From NCBI GenBank assembly GCA_964016885.1, contig OZ024741.1, positions 211,420,001-211,484,000 on the forward strand: a DNA stretch of 64,000 bases. Direction: 5' to 3'. The notes under the pieces were generated by a model. That model saw only the letters and a program-made list of their open reading frames with translations, searched no databases and was not told the origin of the DNA. The position numbers were made by a program, and so were the translations under genes. Source of the DNA: Eledone cirrhosa (Eukaryota). Position 1 is the stretch's first letter, and the number at the start of each line of letters is the position of its first letter. Shown here one piece after another: positions 56,575-64,000 of this stretch.

Positions 56575-59179
56575 TTTTTTAATAAATGTTATTTGATTAG
56601 TTATAAATGAAAGTATGACTGTCACGTGAACAAGTACATTAAATTTCGTGCCCGTATTTTGGAATTTTTTTGTAGCCATTTAGAGAATTTTGTGCCAAAC
56701 AAAAGATAATTGTCTCTACTTTAGGCACAAAGCCAGCAAATTATCCAGTGCATTACTGGTACTTTATTTTATCGACCACGTAAGGATGAAAGGCAAAGTC
56801 AACCTCGGTGGGAAGATAATGGTCAAGAAAAAGGAATGAAGAGAGTTATTCTAAGTATGACTGACGTGCTGAAATGTAATTTGATTCGTTATAAATGAAA
56901 TTATGACTGTTACGTGAACAAGTACATTAAATTTCGCGCCTGTATTTAGGAATTTCTTTTGTAGCCTTTTAGAGAATTTTGTGCCAAGAAAAACGGGATG
57001 GGGAGATTTGTTCTGGTTCAGTGTGCTGGGGGCCTCAAAATTCAGACTTTCTATTGAAATAAAGAAAGTAGAGATATGTATGTTTATTTGTGTGCTGGTG
57101 TGTGTGTGTGTGTATGTGTGTGTGGGAGTATGGTTAGCATGTTTAGATGGAGAGAATATATATTTTGTGTGTGTGAGTGTGTGTAGAAAAATGATTCCAT
57201 TAGTAGAACTGGGGGAGGGAGTTATGTGTGTGTGTGGGTGTGGTTAGCATGTTAAGGTGTTAGAGTAGTAACGTATGTTAAGGTTTATTTAGCTCTGGTT
57301 TTTATTTTCGAAAATAGAAGGTGTTATGTGTGTGTGTATGTATGTGTCTGTTTGGATGGTTAGCATGTTATGGTGTTGACATAATGTATATTAAACTGTA
57401 ATTAATGTTGGTCTATATTTTTTATTAAACATATTTTCCTTATTTATTCGTATTTGTTCTGTTGTATTGTCAGCGCAAAGGTAAAATGGGAAGACTTTCG
57501 AATTCGGGTGTCTTATTACTTGCGCATATGTCTAGAGATGCACTGAGTGGTATCTGTCTTGTGGTAGGGTCTCGTAATTGTTGGCGATGAATTGAAATTC
57601 TGTTTCTGAGTGTGAGTTTAGTTTGCCCTATATAATCTTCATTGCATCCTTTACATTTAATGGTAGAAATTATATTTTTTGATGAGCAAGTGAAGTGATT
57701 TTTTACAGCAAAATGTTGTCCTGATTGAAATGTATACGTGTTGCCTTCAATGGGGTGAGTGCGCGTTCCACAATTAGAGCGACCACATTTTTGACAGTTG
57801 GTTGTGGGTTTGTGGTAGGTAATTTGGCATTGGTGAGTAATGTTTTTAGTGATTTCGGTTTCTTTTGCTTTTGATCACGTTGTGTGTTTCAAGGGCTTTT
57901 TTCATTCTTGGGTTTTGTTTCTATAGTGGGCTGTTCTTGTGAATAATATTGTAAGCTTCCGCATTTCTTGGGTTGTGTGTTGAGATATATGATAGAATAT
58001 TGGAGTACCTTGAATTTGTTTCTGCTTTCGTAATTCATCAATGCCTATTGCTTTAGACCTTTCTATTCCATTATTTATTAGAAATGGTGGGTACTGTCTT
58101 TCGAGTAGAATTTCCTTTATTTCTTGAAGTCTTTTATTTCGCGTTTCATAATTGGAGACAATTGTGCAAATTCTTCTTGCTAGGTTAAAAGAGATGTTCG
58201 TCTTCGTGTGCTTTGGATGGTTGGCTGTGAATAGCAGGTATTGTTTGGAATCTGTTGGTTTGTAGTGTATGTCAGTTTCAGAGTCTTTTTTTATGATTAA
58301 GATATCCAGAAATGGGAGTTGATCTTGGCTGTATTCCATTGTGAATTGGATGTGGTTATTGATGCCGTTAATTAACTTTTTGTAATCATTTAGTTGCCCG
58401 AGTGTTTGAGACCAAAGAATGAGACAATCATCCAAGTAGAGTTTCCAATTCCCTGATAAATATTTGTGGAAGTTCAATCCGTATTTTGATTTGGGATGTT
58501 CATATATCTGGACTTCGAAGTATGCCATGACTAAGTTGGCATAAGTTGGAGCAACTTTTGTACCCATCGCAATCCCCAATATTTGCTTGTAAATAGTGCC
58601 ATCGAAATCAAAGAAGTTGTTCTGTAAAATAAATTTCTTGACCATTATCTTTTGATTGGCACAAAATTCTCTAAAAGGCTACAAAAGAAATTCCCAAATA
58701 CTGAATGAAAAATTTAATGTACTTGTTCACACGACAGTTATACTTTCATTTATAACTAATCAAATTATATTTATAAGAAAAAAGCCTTCGTGAGCGACTT
58801 TTTTTAAGTAAAAAGATATTCAAACACAAACTGGCGCGAAGCTGATGTGGTTATTCACGTGACTGCATCAACCAACCAAACTTCACTCATATATGAAAAA
58901 TCAATCTGAACTTTGTAACGCGAACTGGCGCGAAATTTATTATACTTATTTACATAACAGTCATCAACCAACCAAATTACTTCTCTAAAAACCTAGCATT
59001 TGGAGCCACTTTTTTCCATATAAAACAGAAGTAACATTCAAACACCAACCAGATGTGAGAAACCCTCCATCTCAATTCTCCTTTTGAAAAGCACAAGAAC
59101 TGCGAAACCGGTAAAGGAACCAAATAAATATATTTAAATAAAAAAAGACTTCAGTTGCATTTTCGACTTCATCTTTTTT

Positions 59180-59185
<6 letters not shown>
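56575..59185 (-). mobile_element. Penelope-like element (Neptune-like), 5'-truncated RT + GIY-YIG (57385-58632), with inverted pseudo-LTR 58634-59185
   Basis: GIAMGTKVAPTYANL, YLDD, FLDILI, YKPTDSKQYL..HP, then TC.S.N.I..I.C..C...YIGQT..LR.R..H; 58634-58770 is an inverted copy of 56580-56830. Confidence 0.85.
59079..59118 (+). ncRNA. 40-nt minimal hammerhead ribozyme, U3-A8 variant
   Basis: TCCTT-TTGAAAA-GCA caagaac TGC-GAAACCGGT-A-AAGGA; palindromic helix III ACCGGT. Confidence 0.8.
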
Positions 59186-59210
<25 letters not shown>

Positions 59211-60370
59211 CAAAAGATGAATATAAAATGAAAGTGCTTTTATAAAGGAATTTATTAGGTATTGACATATGTTTCTGTAACAGACAGAATACCTATGTAT
59301 CGCTGCTTGCGTAATCATATAATGTTAGCAAGTATTCGACAGCAAATGTATAATCAGTTGTCACTTCTTCAGAGATATTGGATAAATTGGAAAAAAATCA
59401 GAAAAATGTAGTATTTATATTAGTTGTAAGAAAGGAAGAAGAGAAGGGATAGTATATGACAGATGGCAATTCAATTTGCTGGTAAGCAAGTATATAAGGT
59501 TTTTAATGAGAATACAATGAGTATATGGCTTATTTTATCTAAATAAGAATGTTTGGGGGTGCACATTTTAATCTATATTTGACCAATTGAACAATGGACA
59601 AGGCTGGTCGTTTGGTGTAGTAGTATTAATACAGATATAAAGTATCAAGTAAGAAAGAGAGAGATTTTCACTGCTACTGTATAACAACAATGCTGGTAGC
59701 CTGCTGATATATGCATTAGGGAATTGAATTAAGAAATCTCATTTTATCTATAGCAGTTTATATTAAATGGTAAAGAATAGAAGAGTTGATAGATTTAAGA
59801 CTAATAGAGAATTTACAAAATTCCTGTCCTTGGAAATATGCAGGAGCAGGCGTTATTATATCCCATTTTAGGTTAAATTGTTGATTATTTTCACGCAGCT
59901 GCCACGCCTTGTCTGCGAGTGTTGTTACATAACGCTGGTTTTCATGTTTTATCGAGTAACGATGTCTATAAAGGCGACATTTGAACTAATATAAATACTT
60001 TAATTTTTCTGATTTTTTCCAATTTATCCAATATCTCTGAAGAAGTGCCAACTGATTATACCTTTGCTATCGAATACTTGCTCACATTATATGATTACGC
60101 AAGCAGCGATACATAGGTATTCCGTATGTTACAGAAACATATGTCAATACCTAATAAATTCCTTTATAAAAGCACTTTCATTTTATATTCATCTTTTCTA
60201 CATTTTCTCCGGAATATAATTTATACTCGTTGAGCAAACCTACACTTACGCTGTTCATCTCTAACGTGACGATATATTATCACTACATTATTGATAACTT
60301 GAAATTTTAATAATCTCCTATACAGTTGAGCAACTAATTCAGCATACGACTCTAAAAGCACCAATTGGAT

Positions 60371-62513
60371 ATGTCGTTAAAAAACATACCTATTCAGGCA
60401 AAAAGGAATATATTCTAGGTATGATACGAAGGACCAATGATTTTATTCAACGAATCAGATGGAAAACATTCCATTTTGACAAAAGCCGTATAAACCAAAC
60501 ATCGGATCTTAACAAGGATAAATTTGGATTTAAATCTTACAAAAACCCACCCTCAAACCCACTTTTGGATGCATTTGAACAGGATCTAATGGATACGATC
60601 ATGGAGATCAAATTTACAAAACGGATAAACTACAGAATGAAATCACGGCACTGCTCAGTAATCTAAAAAACGCCAATGGAATTATTGTTAGAGCAGACAA
60701 AACATCAAACGTATATACCATGGATGTGGACACTTACAATAACTTCATCCGTAAGGAATTGCATAAAAAATAGAAGAAAACTAATGAAGCTACACTTAGA
60801 GACATCAACAACTCGGCATGTGAAATTGTTAAAAACTTTGTATTGACGATAGAACACAACCCTTAACACCAGCTACACCATCCTTCAACCTGAAGGACCA
60901 TAAGGTAAACTTCGATACTGACCCTAAAATTAGACTTATCTGATACAGGCAAAATTAGCAAATATATACTAGACAGAATTATCCCCCGAGTTAAGGCTAA
61001 AGTAGATATTAAACTATGGGGTAACACCCATGAGGCAATAAGATGGTTTAATAGCATTACTGATAAGAAGAAATCAAAATTTATTCAGTTCGATATTGAT
61101 GAGTATTATTCCTCAATCTCATCTGATACTCTGCATGAAGCCCTTTCGTTCGCTAAGGCTAACTCCGACCTTATGGATGATGAAATTAGTATTATTATGG
61201 AAGCGAGGAAAACTATTGTTAAATTTGATGATAGCTACTGGGTTCGCAAAGATAGACCTTCTAATTTTGATATAACTATGGGTTCCAATGATTCGGCGGA
61301 AGTAACTGATCTTGTGGGAATTTATATCACCCACAGACTACAGGGAAAATTCAAGGATCTCCACGGTGGACTCTACTGTGACGATGCGCTCCTATTAGTT
61401 AAGCATATGAATAACCAGAATTTAGAAAGGATGCGTAAAAATATTAGAAAGCTTTTTAAGGAACTAGGATTAAATATTACGTTTGAATATAAGCTCAAAG
61501 AGGTTAATTTCCTTGATGTTACTTTGAATCTCAATACAGAAAGGATTAAACCGTTCCATAAACTAAATGAGAACCTTAAATATGTAAATACGGGTTCTAA
61601 CCATCCACCCTCTATAATTATATCCATCCCTAGAAATATTTCCCTTAGAATCTCCCGCTTGTCGTCCAACCAGCAAACCTTCAAAGAACATGCCGAATAT
61701 TATGATGATGCACTTAGGAAGGCTGGACACCTAGATAATATAGAGTATATAGTCGACGATCACCAAAACACCCAAACTAAATCTCATAGAGGTAGAAATA
61801 GCATAGAATCACCACCATACATACACTATCGCAATAGACACACTAATAGGTGCACACCACCAAACAGAAGGCGATGTAAAGAGTATATATGGTACAACCC
61901 GGTCTATAACAACTCTATTAAAACCAAACTACCCTCACAATTCTTTCGATTAGTTAAAAAACATTTTCCAACATCACATAAATATAATAAAATCTTAAAC
62001 CCTAACATTATTCGACTTTCATATTCAACCGCCCCTAATTTTGAACAACATATAAAAAAGCTTAACGCAAAACAGTTGTATAAACACCTTCCAACACATA
62101 ACAATACACGTAAAACATCGGCTATAACATCACAAAACAACAAGCAACATCCCCTCCTGCCTAAGCAACCTCATCAACCCATCCATGGTAATACAACAAC
62201 GCATAATTATAACTGTAACTGCGTCCAACCAGGAATGTGTCTGTTGAACAATCAGTGTCTTGAACGCAACATCATATACAAATGTACTATCGAATCGGGT
62301 AGCCGGAAGTGGTACTATGTGGAGTCTACAGCTACCTCCTTCAAATCTCGCCTTTATAGACATCGTTACTCGATAAAACATGAAAACCAGCGTTATGTAA
62401 CAACACCCCCAGACAAGGCTTGGCAGCTGCGCGAAAATAACCAACAATTTAACCTAAAATGGGATGAAATAACACCTGCTCCATCTCCGTTTGATTGTCA
62501 AAATACATATTAA
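60371..62513 (+). pseudogene. PLE reverse transcriptase + C-terminal GIY-YIG endonuclease, disrupted at the 5' end (61173-62513 open)
   Basis: MSLKNIP, QFDIDEYYSSI, MGSNDSAEVTDLVG, YCDD, FLD, SNHP, CNC..C...CL..NIIYKC..YVEST..FKSRL..H. Confidence 0.88.
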
Positions 62514-62946
62514 CATTCTCTATTAGTCTTAAATCTATCAACTCTTCTATTCTTTACCATTTAATATAAACTACTATAGATAAAATGATATTTCTTAATT
62601 CAATTCCCTAATGCAAATACCAGCAGGCTACCAGCATTGTTGTTATACAGTAGCAGTGAAAATCTCTCTCTTTCTTACTTGATACTTTATATCTGTATTA
62701 ATACTACTACACCAAACGACCAGCCTTGTCCATTGTTCAATTGGTCAAATATAGATTAAAATATGCACCCCCAAACATTCTTATTTAGATAAAATAAGCC
62801 ATATACTCATTGTATTCTCATTAAAAACCTTATATACTTGTTTACCAGCAAATTGAATTGCCATCTGTCATATATTATCCTTTCTCTTCTTCCTTTCTTA
62901 CAACTAATATAAATACTTTGATTTTTCTGATTTTTTCCAATTTATC

Positions 62947-63070
62947 CAATATCTCTGAAGAAGTGACAACTGATTATACATTTGCTATCGAATACTTGCT
63001 AACATTATATGATTACGCAAGCAGAGATACATAGGTATTCCGTATGTTACAGAAACATATGTCAATACCT
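62947..63070 (+). ncRNA. Candidate hammerhead in the pseudo-LTR (also at ~60029-60152 + and ~59257-59380 -)
   Basis: CTGAAGA-aGTGACA...TGTTACa-GAAACATATGTC with palindromic helix III ACATATGT; helix I weak. Confidence 0.5.
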
Positions 63071-63559
63071 AATAAATTCCTTTATAAAAGCACTTTCATT
63101 TTATATTCATCTTTTCTACATTTTCTCCGGAATATAATTTATACTCGTTGAGCAAACCTACACGTACGCTGTTCATCTCATTATTGATAACTTGAAATTA
63201 TATATACATATATATATATATAGTTGTCAATGAGATTTGAAATGTGTTAAATATTTAAAATATTGTTCTATTTTTGGTGTATAGCATAAACCTTTGGATG
63301 AAAAGATATTTAGTTGAGATAAATATCATCCAGAAACCTTACATATTCCATAATCTGATGGGAATCATTATCTATTAGAATGAAGTCATCGATTTTCTTG
63401 TTAAACTATTTCATTTGCAGTCAATTCCATGCGCGCTTTGCTCCATGATAGTTGAAAATCACAATTGCTGCAGTTCCAAGGGCAATTTGGCCACGTCCTT
63501 TCTTTGAGAGAGCATCAGGTTGTACAAATGAACCATAACAAAATTGAAGGGCATCATAG

Positions 63560-64000
63560 AGAATGAAGTAAAGGTAGTTTGTTAGCTATAGAGGAGCCAA
63601 TCATGGAATAGTATAGAAATTACTAAGAATATGATGTAGAAGGCCAACTCGTGATATGAGGGCAAGCGCCTGGAGGCGAATTAGTGCATAATTTTAGAAA
63701 AGCTTTATATAAACGGAATCTAAGAATTAAAGTAGTCGAAAAGCTAGGAACTCTCATAAAAGACCCGATTAATAAAATCTACCCTTTTAAAAGAACCCTC
63801 TGCAAGGATAGTAAATGTACAGCGTGTATGGTTAGCCCACAGGTAAACTACAAAACTAGGAATTCGGTCTATAAGATAATATATTGAGAGAGATATTGCA
63901 AAAATATGACAATGACATATACAGGAGAGACAGCCTGTAATATAGGAAGGAGATTAAAGGAACACTGGCGAAACTTAAGTGGGAGAAAAGCTCATTAGTT
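63560..64000 (+). mobile_element. Penelope-like element fragment (Nematis-like C-terminal Cys cluster + GIY-YIG), running off the window end
   Basis: KVVEKLG...PF...C...C.AC...NSVYKI...YTGET..NIGRRLKEH. Confidence 0.7.

Larger units (their letters stand above)
59212..63198 (+). mobile_element. Near full-length Penelope-like element: inverted 3' copy (59212-59983), direct pseudo-LTRs (59984-60306 and 62902-63198), RT-GIY-YIG ORF
   Basis: Direct and inverted repeats seen directly; (TA)n at both ends. Confidence 0.9.

Overview
AT-rich eukaryotic DNA, dense in microsatellites and transposons. The repeat content looks cephalopod/octopus-like, which is an inference. I found no host protein-coding gene I can support; most ORFs in the track are microsatellite artefacts. 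The window holds four decayed Penelope-like elements (PLEs; RT + GIY-YIG), a head-to-tail chain of Tx1/L1-type LINEs in (TATC)n tracts, R4/Dong, RTE and CR1 LINE fragments, two tRNA-derived SINE families, hAT and Tc1/pogo MITEs, a 38-bp minisatellite and a ~5.8-kb CA-rich satellite. The main signal is about 20 type-I hammerhead ribozyme (HHR) motifs, intact, degenerate or half, from roughly 10 different sequence families, almost all in small (TA)n-flanked modules. They include a non-coding 590-bp tandem retrozyme-like unit, U3-A8 compensated cores, palindromic helix III, recurrent U.U/A.A mismatches at the base of helix II, and fold-back palindromes centred inside the ribozyme. All HHR calls are by-eye folding and are untested.
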